Under the pieces are notes generated by a model, which saw only the letters and a list, made by a program, of their open reading frames with translations, was not told the DNA's origin and did no database searches. The position numbers and the translations under genes are program-made. A DNA stretch of 64,000 nucleotides. Origin: an uncultured Planctomycetota bacterium. Lineage in GTDB: Bacteria; Planctomycetota; Planctomycetia; Isosphaerales; Isosphaeraceae. Of the stretch, positions 10,814 through 21,059 are shown one piece after another. The stretch is from contig CAWJTV010000022.1 of NCBI GenBank assembly GCA_963845755.1, positions 64,001-128,000 on the forward strand, in the 5' to 3' direction. Each line of letters opens with the position of its first letter. The first letter of the stretch is position 1.

Positions 10814-11336
10814 GATTCGACCGTCCCGATGGGGACTCGTGCTTCTCTGAGCCCCGGATTGACGACAGGAATCCGACGGACCCCGGAGTTTCTGTCTCTC
10901 CTTCTCAATCCATGTCCGACCGCCGTCTCACGTACTCAGGAACGCGACCGCCCCGATGTTTCGGAAGGCGGATCCGCACCGGAGGCTGTCCAGCGGCAAG
11001 AGATCTCTCCGGATCTCCGAGGTCACCGGAAGGATGGGCGAGGGCGGACTGATCGACCCGGGAGCGCTTCCCCTGGCTCCATCCTTTCGCCCCGTCAGGG
11101 CATTTCCGGATAGCTTCTCTGGAGGCACAACGTGGTGTTCCGCGCGGCCGATCGCCGGCGGAGTCGCCCGGCTGCGCGACTCGACGCGAAAGGGCGGGGC
11201 CCACTCAGGGCCGGGAGTCAGTCCCTTTTTCGTGGGCCATCTGCCATGCAAGCGAGAACCACCATGGGGTCCGGCGTCGAGTCGGATCGCGGTGTAATGC
11301 AACCTCATGAGGAAACACGAAGCGAGGGGACCGGGA

Positions 11337-12024
11337 ATGTCCACACTATCCTCCGAGGAGAGCGAGCGGGAACTCCTCGAGATGACGAAGGCTTATCTGG
11401 AGTGCCGTTCCCAGGGAATGGATCCCTCTCCGATACTGGTGGAAGCCTGGGAGCGGTTTTATCGGTCTCATGAGCCACGGCTCCGGGCCTTGCTTGAGAA
11501 ATGGCGCCTCTCGGACGCGGACCGGGAGGATTGTCTTCAGGAAGTCTGGGTCGAGGTCGTGGCCCACCTGGGCCATTTCCAGCACGATCCGAGACGCGGT
11601 CGCCTCTCGACGTGGCTCACGACCCTGGCGCGGAACAAGGCGGCGGACTCGATCCGACGTCGGACCCGACATCCCTTCCAGTCCCTCGGGGAGGACACCG
11701 AAGTCCCCCTTGCTGATCCCGTCCTCGGCCCGGAGGCCGATTTCGAGCGGCGCTGGGAGCAGGCCCAGGTAAGGGGCGCCCTCGCCGAACTCGCCGACCA
11801 GGTCCCGGTCTGCAGCTTTCGGGTGCTTTACCTGCGCCTGGATCGAGGAACGTAATGTCGCCGAGATCGCCACCGCTCTGGATCTGACGCCCGAGCAAGT
11901 CCGGTTGCGAGCCCACCGCATGAAGGAGAGATTTCGCGACCTATTCGAGCGTTACATGTACCGGGAGTCCTTCGAATCCAATCCAGACCTGTGGGATGGT
12001 GGAATGCAGAATAATTTCTCATGA
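11337..12024 (+). CDS. ECF sigma-70 factor (frameshift ~11838)
   Basis: Region 2: AWERFY..DREDCLQEVW..LSTWL..LARNKAAD. Region 4 in the second frame: WIEERNVAEIATALDLTPEQVRLRAHRMKERFR, stop at 12022-12024. Confidence 0.85.
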
Positions 12025-12047
12025 AACGTTTACCACTGTTCTGCGTG
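12023..12047 (+). promoter_or_regulatory. Putative ECF-type promoter GAAAC-N16-CGTG upstream of the small peptide gene
   Basis: Matches the general ECF AAC/CGT consensus, is preceded by an AT-rich stretch and overlaps the sigma stop codon. Confidence 0.4.
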
Positions 12048-12193
12048 TAATGAATGGCCGGTTTCCCACGGGTGCAACCCGTTTGACTTCACTCCGGGCG
12101 CACGCGAACCCTTTTTCGCTGACCGCATGCGGTAGCCCCCGGGAAGCCGATGGGCCCATTGAATCAAATCTTGGAACGCGCGGAGGAAATACC

Positions 12194-12394
12194 ATGGCGA
12201 ATTCTCCGGTCAATACCCCTCTGACCATCGCCCTGACCGATGATCAGGTCCAACAGCTCAAGGATAAAATCACGGCTCAACTCGTCGATACGCTCAAGGG
12301 CACGCAGGCTGACACAATCATTTCCCACAGGCCGCAGAGTCAGATAGTTCGGAAGGAAGTCGGTCAATCGGTCGTCGTTGATCCTGAGGCATGA
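12194..12394 (+). CDS. 66-aa peptide, candidate RiPP precursor
   Basis: Strong GGAGG RBS. MANSPVNTPLTIALTDDQVQQLKDKITAQLVDTLKGTQADTIISHRPQSQIVRKEVGQSVVVDPEA. A homologous leader occurs at 15544. Confidence 0.7.
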   Translation: MANSPVNTPLTIALTDDQVQQLKDKITAQLVDTLKGTQADTIISHRPQSQIVRKEVGQSVVVDPEA

Positions 12395-13032
12395 TCGACC
12401 CTTAGAGGAATACGAGATCCAGTGCTCGGGCACTCCTCGGGTACAGCCATTCTGGGTCGCCAAGCAAGAGTTGATCAATCTGAGGACCGATCGCCATCTC
12501 ACTCTTCGTGAGGCTGCTGGGAAAATGGGGCTGGGAGTCTCGGTTGATTATTATCCGTAGCGTTCTCGCGAGCTTGGCTTGCCCCGCCCAGGACTCGGCA
12601 AACGCAAGGAGATCCGAGGCAGACATCTCAAACGAGCAAGTCTGGGATGCTCCAAAGGTCTCGCTCAGCGACCCGCGGATGGTCTTCCGGGCCGGGTCGT
12701 CGAAACTCTCGAGCGCACGCAGGCGGCGACGGTGATCGTCGCCGCCATGCCGTGGGCAATTCGAAGTCCGAGGCGATGGGGACTCTGGCCATCGTGCGGT
12801 CAGCGCCCCGATGAATCTGCGGGAAGCCCGGCTCCCAAGGGGCTGGCCAATCCTTCGCTCGGGCGGCGATGATTCCGAGATTTGGGGCTCTGGAGTCCCT
12901 GAGAAAAGGGGGCGGGCCCCGCAGTCTTCGAGGTGCCTGTCCCCGTCCTCTCAGCAAGATCCAATCGGCAATGTATGCCGCCAAAGACATGATCGGTTAC
13001 TGACATCACAACTCAACAGAGGCACTGGCGCC

Positions 13033-15424
13033 ATGTCTCAGGGATCGGAACCCCTCACAACTGTGTTGAATAATGACATACGCGTATTTGGGTTAACCCA
13101 GATCGACGGCGCAAGGGCGCACCTCGGTGCAGCCATGAGTCGGGCCGGAAGCCCGAAGTCCGTCTGTCTCGTCACGGCCCTCACGGTGACCGATTTCATC
13201 GACCTGGAGCTGACCGCCAACGGAGTCACGACTACGGGAGCGCAGCTCGGTGTGCTGACCCTCGCTGCGATCCTGAGAGAGAAGGGATTTCTGCCCCAGA
13301 TCGTGAACCTGGATGACCTCTTTCTGGAATACATCAAGGGCGGCAGACTCCTGCCCGTGGTGGAAGGGGGAAGAGAAGCCAGCCACGCGCCAGCGAGAAA
13401 TGGAGGCGCCGTCGCGGACTCGCATCCGAACAGTCCGGTCTCCTTCTTCGCGTATACCGTTGAGCACTTGAAGCCGCTCTCATTCGACGTTCTCGGGTTC
13501 AGTTCCATCTGCAGCTCGTACCCACTCACCCTGCGTCTGGCCCGGGAAGTCCGACGATCCAACCCGGATGCGTGGATCATCCTGGGTGGGCCTCAGGCCT
13601 CGGTCGTCGACGTGGCAACGATGCGCGAATTTCCGTGCGTTCAACTTCGTCGTCCGCGGCGAAGCGGACGACACGTTCCCGATTCTCCTGGACCACCTTT
13701 CCGTTCCCGATCCTGGCGGCTGGGAAGGCATGCCGGGCATCACATTCCGACGCGGGGACGACGTGATCCGGAATCCCAACGCCTCGCCCGTCCGCGATCT
13801 CGATTACGTGCCGCTCCCCGCCTTCGACCTCGATGCGAAGATCCGGGAGCGGGATGGTATCCATCTGGAGATCGGACGCGGTTGTCCGTTCACCTGCACC
13901 TTCTGCTCCACCAACGACTTCTTCCGGCGGAGCTTCCGCCTGAAGTTGACGCAGAAGACCATCGAAGAAATGCAGTACCTTCACGAGCAATATGGATTCA
14001 CTTACTTCAGCTTCGTCCACGACATGTACACGGTGGACCGCAAGAAGGTCGTCGAGTTCTGCCAGGGCCTGATCGAACTCGGAAAGCCCTTTACGTGGGG
14101 CTGCAGCGCCCGGACGGACTGCGTCGACGACGAATTGCTTGCACTGATGGCGGCCGCGGGGTGTCGAGGGATTTTCTTCGGGATCGAAACCGGCTCCGAA
14201 CGAATGCAGAAGGTGATCCACAAGAAACTCGACCTGGCCGAGGCCTGGAAACGGATCCAGTGCGCGGACCGACACGGGGTGAAGATGGCGGTCGCCTTGA
14301 TCATCGGCTTCCCGGAGGAGACACGCGACGACCTGAGGGACTCCATCCATTTCTTCATCGAGTCGCTTCGTTACGACCAAGCGAAGCCCCAGATCTCCCT
14401 CCTGGCGCCGCTCGCGGCAACCCCGATCTACGATCGTTACAAAGGACAACTGGTTTTTGATCGCATTTTCTCCTCCATGTGTCATCAGGGCTGGCAGCAG
14501 GATGCCGACGAGCTGGCGTTGATCGAAAGCTATCCGGAAATCTTCCCCGACTTCTACGCGATCCCGCTGACCTGGCTGGAACGCCCCTATCTCAGGGAGT
14601 TGGTGGAGTTCATCATCTATGTAATAGAGTGGTTCCGCTGGCTGCCGCTTGCCCTGCTTCAGGACTCCGGGGACTTCCTTGCGGTTTTCGACCGATGGCG
14701 GAACTGGTTGTCAGGACGAATTGCCAGCGAAGGCGACGGAGAGGCGGGTCGGGCACCTTATTATTCCAATGGGAGCTTCCCCAAGGAGTTCCGGCAGTTC
14801 GTTCAGACTTGCTACCTGGAAGAAATGGCCACGGCGCGGGTCGCAATCGAAACACTGCTACGAACTGGAGACTCGCGCCCGGAAGCCGCACACGACGAAT
14901 CGTCTCGATCGATCGAGGAGACTGACCGGTGGGAAGAGGATTGCGTGCCTTTTCTGCGGAAGGACCTGTGCGTTCAGGAACTCGATGTCAACTACAAGGA
15001 GCTGATTGAAAGCCTGCGGAACAACTGGGACCTCAGCCGGGTCTCGCGACTTGCGACCACGATCGTCTACCGGCCGATGAGAGAGAGGTGCCTGCAGGTG
15101 TGGCAACTCACCCCGCTTTCCGCGACCCTGTTGCGCCTGTGTGACGGCAGGAGAACGATCCACGACGTCGTTCGGGAGTTCTCACTGCTGGATACCGATG
15201 TCGTCGGGATCCCGGCCGAGAAGGTCGTGCTCTTCGGATTGATGCGGCTACGGGATGAAGGATTCATCGGCCTTTCCTCCGGTCCGGTGCCGGAAGAGGA
15301 GCCGAGTTTGGCCGACGGAGCACCGGCGGAGCGGCCGTTTAATCCGGCGATGCTTCAAGCGACCGGTACACAGCAACCTTGGCCCCCGCGCCGAGCAAAT
15401 GAAGGTCTCATGCAGGTCGTTTGA
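13033..15424 (+). CDS. B12-binding radical SAM enzyme with C-terminal PqqD/RRE-like domain (frameshift ~13640)
   Basis: B12-binding domain: DVLGFSSICSSYP..IILGGPQAS..FVVRGEAD. rSAM core: GRGCPFTCTFCS, GCRGIFFGIETGS, IIGFPEET. C-terminal QVWQLTPLSATLLRLCDGRRTIHDVV...LMRLRDEGFI has a winged-helix pattern. Confidence 0.88.
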
Positions 15425-15543
15425 CCCGTCACGAGGGATCGTCAGAAACTGATCCGATCTGCCTTCACTGGCTGCATGTCGTAGCTTCCGGGGAGCAAAC
15501 CGCCGCTAGTGCGTCAGCTCTTGGAAAGCGCGGAGGGAATGCC

Positions 15544-15643
15544 GTGGCAGACGTCCAGGTCAAGGTCCCGGCCAGGCCTCGGACTGTCCGACATGCAGCT
15601 CCAACACCTCGGGGACAAGCTAGAGCGCCTAACGGCTGAGTAG
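15544..15643 (+). pseudogene. Second precursor-like peptide (leader only; +1 frameshift ~15574)
   Basis: GGAGG RBS plus GTG. Removing one base gives MADVQVKVPA(G/S)LGLSDMQLQHLGDKLERLTAE*, with 11 of the first 27 residues identical to the 12194 peptide without gaps. The upstream ~80 nt is also homologous. Confidence 0.6.
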
Positions 15644-15975
15644 CGCAGGCCCCTGGGTGATGCGAATACACCGCCCTGCCCCCCCTTCGAAAGCGGGGAA
15701 AAGAAATGGGCCGGTCCGCTTCAATGGTCCCCCCCTTACGAAGAGGGGGTCAGGGGGAGTTCCCACGCTCTGCGTCGTCGAACGAAAGCCCTCCGAATTT
15801 TATCGAGACCAACGCGGTGATGTGCCCCAACTTGAGCGACATCGCCTACGACCCGGTGGAGCGTGGCGACGTTTGCGATCCGACCCCTGGGCGATCCTTC
15901 GGCGCACGGAACTCTGCCGAGAGGGCGTCATGAGTTTCGGTGACAACCGACCGGTCATCCGGAATCGAAGACGAA

Positions 15976-16026
15976 GACGACGCAGAGCGTCGAGGGCGGC
16001 ATTCCCACGCGGAGCGTGGGAACGAG
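15976..16026. repeat. REP-like element GACGACGCAGAGCGTC...ATTCCCACGCGGAGCGTGGGAACGAG
   Basis: Two hairpins; the 3' arm is identical to that of the 1125-1153 palindrome. Confidence 0.6.
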
Positions 16027-16087
16027 TGATGAGTATGTTTTCCCATCGGGCGCGGAAACAGCCTTCATTTCAGGAGTTGATCCTCTC

Positions 16088-17749
16088 ATGGCCAAGGCGA
16101 ACTACGTCGTCCTTCCCAAGAGTGAACGCAAGATGGTCGCCGGAGCACGGTTGGTTGGACCATCGCATCCCGACGAACTCATGGAAGTGTCGGTGCACAT
16201 CCGGAGGGCCCATGACATTCATGGGGCCGGAGGGTTGCAAGCACGCGACCTGACCCATGAGGAAATGGCGAAACAGTACGGCTCAGACCAGAGTGACCTG
16301 GCAAAGGTCGCCGCCTTCGCCCAGCAACACGGGTTGGTCGTGGTCGAATCCAGTTCGGCCAAAAGGCTCGTGAGACTCTCAGGGACTGTCAAGGCATTCA
16401 GTGAGGCATTTGACGTGAGCCTGGGGCACTACGAGCATCCGAATTTCACGTACCGTGGTCGCACTGGCTCGATCAGCATACCGAAGACCCTCGATGGAAT
16501 CCTCACCGCAGTGCTCGGGCTCGACAACCGTCCTTTTGCCCGGCCCCATTTCATCAGGAGAAAAGAGCATCCTCGCGGCAAGGCTCATCCGGCAGACTCC
16601 TCAGCGAGTTTCTCGGGATTCTCGCCTCTGACGATCGCCGATCTGTACAGCTTCCCTCCGGGCGACGGCACGGGCCAGACGGTCGGGATCATCGAACTGG
16701 GCGGCGGCTTCCGCCCGGGCGATCTGGAGACCTACTTCTCGGGAATCGGCATCACGCCGCCTCCGACGGTGCTGGCGTTCTCGGTGGATAAGGCAACCAA
16801 TAGCCCCGGGACGTTACAGCAACCCGATCCGTCCAACGGCGAAGTGATGCTCGACATCGAGATCATCGGGGCCATCGTCCCGAAAGCGACGATCGTCGTG
16901 TATTTCTCGCCCAATTTGACAGACGCCAACTTCTCCGACGCGGTCCTCGCCGCCGTCCATGATACCGTGAACAAGCCATCGGTGATCTCGATCAGTTGGG
17001 GTGGTCCCGAGGACGAAGCCACCGGGCAGTTCCTGGACGCTTTCAAGACGGCGCTCGAGGACGCTCAGAGTCTCAATATCACCGTTCTCGTCGCTTCGGG
17101 AGACGACGGCGCTGCGGATATGCAACCCACGGGTCTGTTCCCATGGGATGGCAAGGCGCATGTCGATTTCCCCGCGTCGAGCCCGTTGGTGCTTTCGTGC
17201 GGTGCGACCCGAATTGATCTCTCGGGGACAACGCTGGCCGGCGAAGCCGTGTGGAACCAAGGGTTCGCGGATCTCGAGGGGAACAGCTTCGGTTCGGCAG
17301 GTGGCGGCATCAGCGATGTCTTCACCCCGCCACCGTCGTGGCAGGCGAGCCTCACATTGCCCGCCTCGGTGAACGGCGGGCCCCCGGGACGCGGAGTGCC
17401 CGATGTCACCGGCGTTGGGGACCCGGGTTCCGGGTATTTCATCCGCTTCGATGGCGAGGACACCATCACCGGTGGGACCAGCGCCGTGGCCCCGCTCTGG
17501 GCTGGGCTCATCACCCGCATTAACCAGATTCTTGGGAAACCGGTCGGATTCGTGAATGCGACCTTGTATGCCTATCCGAACGCCTTCAACGACATCACCC
17601 TTGGCAGCAACCGGGTTAGCAGCTCCGGCGGAAGCGAGAACCTCGGGTACGATGCCACCAAGGGCTGGGACGCCTGTACCGGCCTGGGCAGCCCAATCGG
17701 TACTGCCGTGCTGGCCGCCCTCCGGTCCGCCGCCGCAAGTCGTCGGTAA
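16088..17749 (+). CDS. S53 family peptidase (sedolisin/kumamolisin-like) with pro-domain
   Basis: Activation domain; catalytic GEVMLDIE, ASGDDG and GGTSAVAPLWAG; C-terminal GWDACTGLGSP. Confidence 0.93.
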   Translation: MAKANYVVLPKSERKMVAGARLVGPSHPDELMEVSVHIRRAHDIHGAGGLQARDLTHEEMAKQYGSDQSDLAKVAAFAQQHGLVVVESSSAKRLVRLSGTVKAFSEAFDVSLGHYEHPNFTYRGRTGSISIPKTLDGILTAVLGLDNRPFARPHFIRRKEHPRGKAHPADSSASFSGFSPLTIADLYSFPPGDGTGQTVGIIELGGGFRPGDLETYFSGIGITPPPTVLAFSVDKATNSPGTLQQPDPSNGEVMLDIEIIGAIVPKATIVVYFSPNLTDANFSDAVLAAVHDTVNKPSVISISWGGPEDEATGQFLDAFKTALEDAQSLNITVLVASGDDGAADMQPTGLFPWDGKAHVDFPASSPLVLSCGATRIDLSGTTLAGEAVWNQGFADLEGNSFGSAGGGISDVFTPPPSWQASLTLPASVNGGPPGRGVPDVTGVGDPGSGYFIRFDGEDTITGGTSAVAPLWAGLITRINQILGKPVGFVNATLYAYPNAFNDITLGSNRVSSSGGSENLGYDATKGWDACTGLGSPIGTAVLAALRSAAASRR

Positions 17750-17858
17750 CGTGCCTTTCGGCCGTAACCACCGAGAAGAACGGCTGCCCCGATTTCAAGG
17801 AATCCCCTGCTTTGATCTCGGGGTGGCCGTCACTATGCGGGTCTCTGGAGGGAACTCC

Positions 17859-17900
17859 GTGGGCCTCGGGCCGCGTTGCGGCCTCGACCCACCCTACGGG
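17859..17900. repeat. GTAG-type REP-like hairpin
   Basis: GTGGGCCTCGGGCCGC..GCGGCCTCGACCCACCCTAC, intergenic. Confidence 0.45.
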
Positions 17901-18027
17901 GGCGTCTCGTACATCTTTTTAGCCTATTGATCCGACTGCTTACTCCGAGGATAATGTGCTCGCGACGACGATCGGTCCGGGCGTCGGTGCTGCGTCGCAC
18001 GGATTTCGAACCCATATCGGAGGCAAC

Positions 18028-18483
18028 ATGGCCAATCCCCTGACGTTATTGATGCCACTGGTCCCAAACACCGACCCGCTGGCAATCGCCACGGTGGTCA
18101 AGACCAATCAGGCCGCGATTAATTCCGCACTGACGTCGATCGGCACGGTGCATTTCGCCCGATTCCTGGTCCTGGACGCCTCCGTGCCCAACCTCCAGCC
18201 CAGCGGGAAGAGCACGGACACCTTGGTCCTTGGGGTGATCACGGAGTACGATGGCAACTTCGATGCGTACATCTCGGACTTCGTGAGCAAGATCGGCTTC
18301 GTCTTCGATGCCTTGCTCCCCTTCGTCGTCGGAGGCGCGGGGCTGGTCCCCGTGGCCAAGAACCTGAATGCGTTCACGGCCTTCGTCCAGCAGAATGACG
18401 CGGCGCAGGACCCGGCGGAACCGGCACTCTACAGCGCCTATCCGTTCACCGTCCAGCAGATCCTCGCCAGCGGCTTGAAGTGA
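18028..18483 (+). CDS. Hypothetical protein, Dyp-peroxidase partner (TVHFARF motif)
   Basis: GGAGG RBS; IGTVHFARF..ITEYDGNFDAYI..F..YSAYP..TVQQI; immediately upstream of the Dyp gene. Confidence 0.7.
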   Translation: MANPLTLLMPLVPNTDPLAIATVVKTNQAAINSALTSIGTVHFARFLVLDASVPNLQPSGKSTDTLVLGVITEYDGNFDAYISDFVSKIGFVFDALLPFVVGGAGLVPVAKNLNAFTAFVQQNDAAQDPAEPALYSAYPFTVQQILASGLK

Positions 18484-18540
18484 GCCGAGGGGGGCGTCCA
18501 CGGGTACGCTCCCGGCCTTATTCCGATCGAAGGACCGCCC

Positions 18541-19966
18541 ATGACCGATCCGCCCATCGACTACGCCGATGTGCAGGGGACGATCCTCCGTGGCTACCGC
18601 GTGGATCTGGCGCGCCACTTCATCCTCGAGATTATCGATGCCGCCGGCGCAAAGGCGCTGATCGGCTCGATGGTCAACGGCAGTCCGGGGATCCCGCAAA
18701 TCAGCACCACGGCACGAGGGGCCTCGAAGCCCGAGTCGTTCGTGAATATCGGGTTCACGTGCCCCGGGCTGGCGAAATTGGGCCTGACGGCGGCTCAACT
18801 CGCGACCTTCGACCTGGGATTTCAGCGCGGGGCGACCTCCCCGGTCACCGCCGGGCTCGTCGGCGACGTGGGCGAGAGTGCGCCGGCACAATGGATCGGC
18901 GGGCTCGCCGACGGTACGGCGGTGCATGCGGTGCTCAGCCTCTGGGTGACCCAGGACCCGGCGGTCCTGGAGGGCGTGACGGCAACCCTGCGCAGCGTTC
19001 GTCGGCCGCATGAAGGAGCTTTCGTCGCATGACGCCCGGGCGCTGAGCGACAATCGGGTCCATTTCGGTTACCGAGACAGCATCGCGCAGCCCACCATCG
19101 CCGGCGCACCACCTCGGAAGTGTCCCGTGCCCGACGACCAGCCCGTCGTGAGCACCGGGGAATTCCTCCTCGGCTATCTCAACGAGTCCAATGCCACCTA
19201 CGCGGTCACGCCGGTCGAACTCTCCTTGAATAGCAGTTATTCGTCGTTCCGCATCCTGGAACAAGATGTGGAGGGATTCGAAGCGTTCCTGATCAAGTAC
19301 GCGGCCCAGCTCAAAATCGACCCCGAGACCCTGGCCGCGAAAGTCTGCGGGCGCTGGCGCAATGGCAATCCGTTGGAGTTGATGCCCGTCGAGGCCGGTC
19401 AACCCTTACCACTGGACCGACTCAACGACTTCATGTATGTCAACACCGATCCGAAAACGGACGATACCCTCGGCCTGAAATGCCCGATCGGGTCGCACAT
19501 CCGCCGCAACAACCCGCGCGACGGCGCGGTGGTCGGCGCCGGCTCCACGCATCACCGCATCGTGAGGCGTGCCATGCCCTATGGCCCCGACTACGATCCC
19601 CAGCATCCCGATCCTGCCCCCCGCGGTCTGATCGGTCACTTCATCAACGGCAGCATCACCAATCAGTTCGAGTTCTTGATGGGCCAGTGGGATAATACCT
19701 CGACGTTCGTCAAGTCCGCCCCGGGGATCGACCCCCAGTGCCCGGGCAACGCGGTCCTCAACATCAGCGGGGACGACGTGTTCCTGGGCGTCAACGACCC
19801 ATCGAGCAGCTCGTTCACGGTCGCGGGTTGCGGGAACGGCGGCAAGGGCAATTCCACGATTACCGGCTTCGGCCGCTTGATCACGACGCGAGGCGGCGTC
19901 TATTGCTTCCTGCCCAGCATCTCGGGCCTGAAGTATCTCGCCAAGCTTCCCGCTCCACCCGGCTAA
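18541..19966 (+). CDS. Dyp-type heme peroxidase (frameshift ~19000)
   Basis: DVQGTILRGY, HFGYRDSIAQP, GEFLLGY, CPIGSHIRRNNPR, HRIVRRAMPYG, QFEF and TRGGVYCFLPS. Confidence 0.9.
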
Positions 19967-20233
19967 TCCGGGGAATTCCCGAGGTGGCCGCGTCTTCTCG
20001 AGCGGAAAGCCCGCATGCTTCCGTGATGCTTCCACGGTCAGATGTTCGAGTCTTTGCTGGTTCATGGTCTCGCCACCGGGCATTGATCAACGCCCTCCTC
20101 CCTCCTCCCTCCTCTCGGATAAGGTGGCGGTGGAAGATTGTACGAGGAGCGCCGGCGACTTGAGGTTGAAGGCGCCGTACGATTGCTCGCCAGGTCCGAT
20201 GGGATGAATCAGAGATAAGAGACTTGAGTCGCT

Positions 20234-20539
20234 ATGCCAGGCAAGAAACCATGTCCCAACCCGGCTTGCGGAGAAGAGATCCATGATTGGCATACCGAAT
20301 GGCTGATTCCCGAACATCGCCGGCTGGTTTTCAACGGTCAGGCGGGTACGGACTGTCCGTTGTGCGGCTCTTCCATTCTGATCCCGAGTGAAGAGGTGGT
20401 CGGCTTGGCTCCCGACGCTTTCCCGATGTTCAGACGGACGAAAGCACAGGCCGATAGGTGGGCTTACTGGAGCACCGGCTCCCCTACCGTAGATGCCTGC
20501 TTCAAGACTCGGGAAGGTTCCCAATATGCCAACTATTAA
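20234..20539 (+). CDS. Small hypothetical protein with CPxxxC/CPxC (putative Zn ribbon)
   Basis: 101-aa ORF with two Cys pairs; lower GC than its neighbours. Confidence 0.55.
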   Translation: MPGKKPCPNPACGEEIHDWHTEWLIPEHRRLVFNGQAGTDCPLCGSSILIPSEEVVGLAPDAFPMFRRTKAQADRWAYWSTGSPTVDACFKTREGSQYANY

Positions 20540-20553
20540 TTCAAGATCTGAGC

Positions 20554-20853
20554 ATGATTACACTCACAAGTCTCCAACGCGATTTCCTCGACCGCTACTA
20601 CACTGAGATGGCGGATGCGGAGGTGGGTTACGCGACAACCTTGGCACGGCAGCATGGTTTTACCTATAACCATTTCAACCGATTCTTAGACAGTTATCGT
20701 CGATCTTGGGGCGGGGATCTCAGGGTTTGGGGGCGACCCTATCCTCCACTCTCGCCACCTCCTGATCCTCCAATTTTCCCGTGGTCCTCGATCCAGGATG
20801 TGGAAGAGCAGCTTCGAGCGGAAGAGTCGCGGGTCGCATTGGTACACGCATGA
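20554..20853 (+). CDS. Small hypothetical protein
   Basis: 99-aa ORF starting 14 nt after the previous stop; aromatic-rich with a Pro-rich segment. Confidence 0.5.
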   Translation: MITLTSLQRDFLDRYYTEMADAEVGYATTLARQHGFTYNHFNRFLDSYRRSWGGDLRVWGRPYPPLSPPPDPPIFPWSSIQDVEEQLRAEESRVALVHA

Positions 20854-21059
20854 CTGCGTTCATTCGAGGGAGTTCCAAGGGAGGTTTCCGGGGATATGGC
20901 TAGTTCCCCGGGCAAAATGCACAGGGTGGCGAGCGCGCCGGTTCTCGAGTTATCCATAATACACCAATATATCTAAAAATTCTCATAATGCGCCGCCGGG
21001 CGCGATGTGTTCAACCGAAAAATTACTGCAATCTATACATTTATCGAAATTATTTATTT

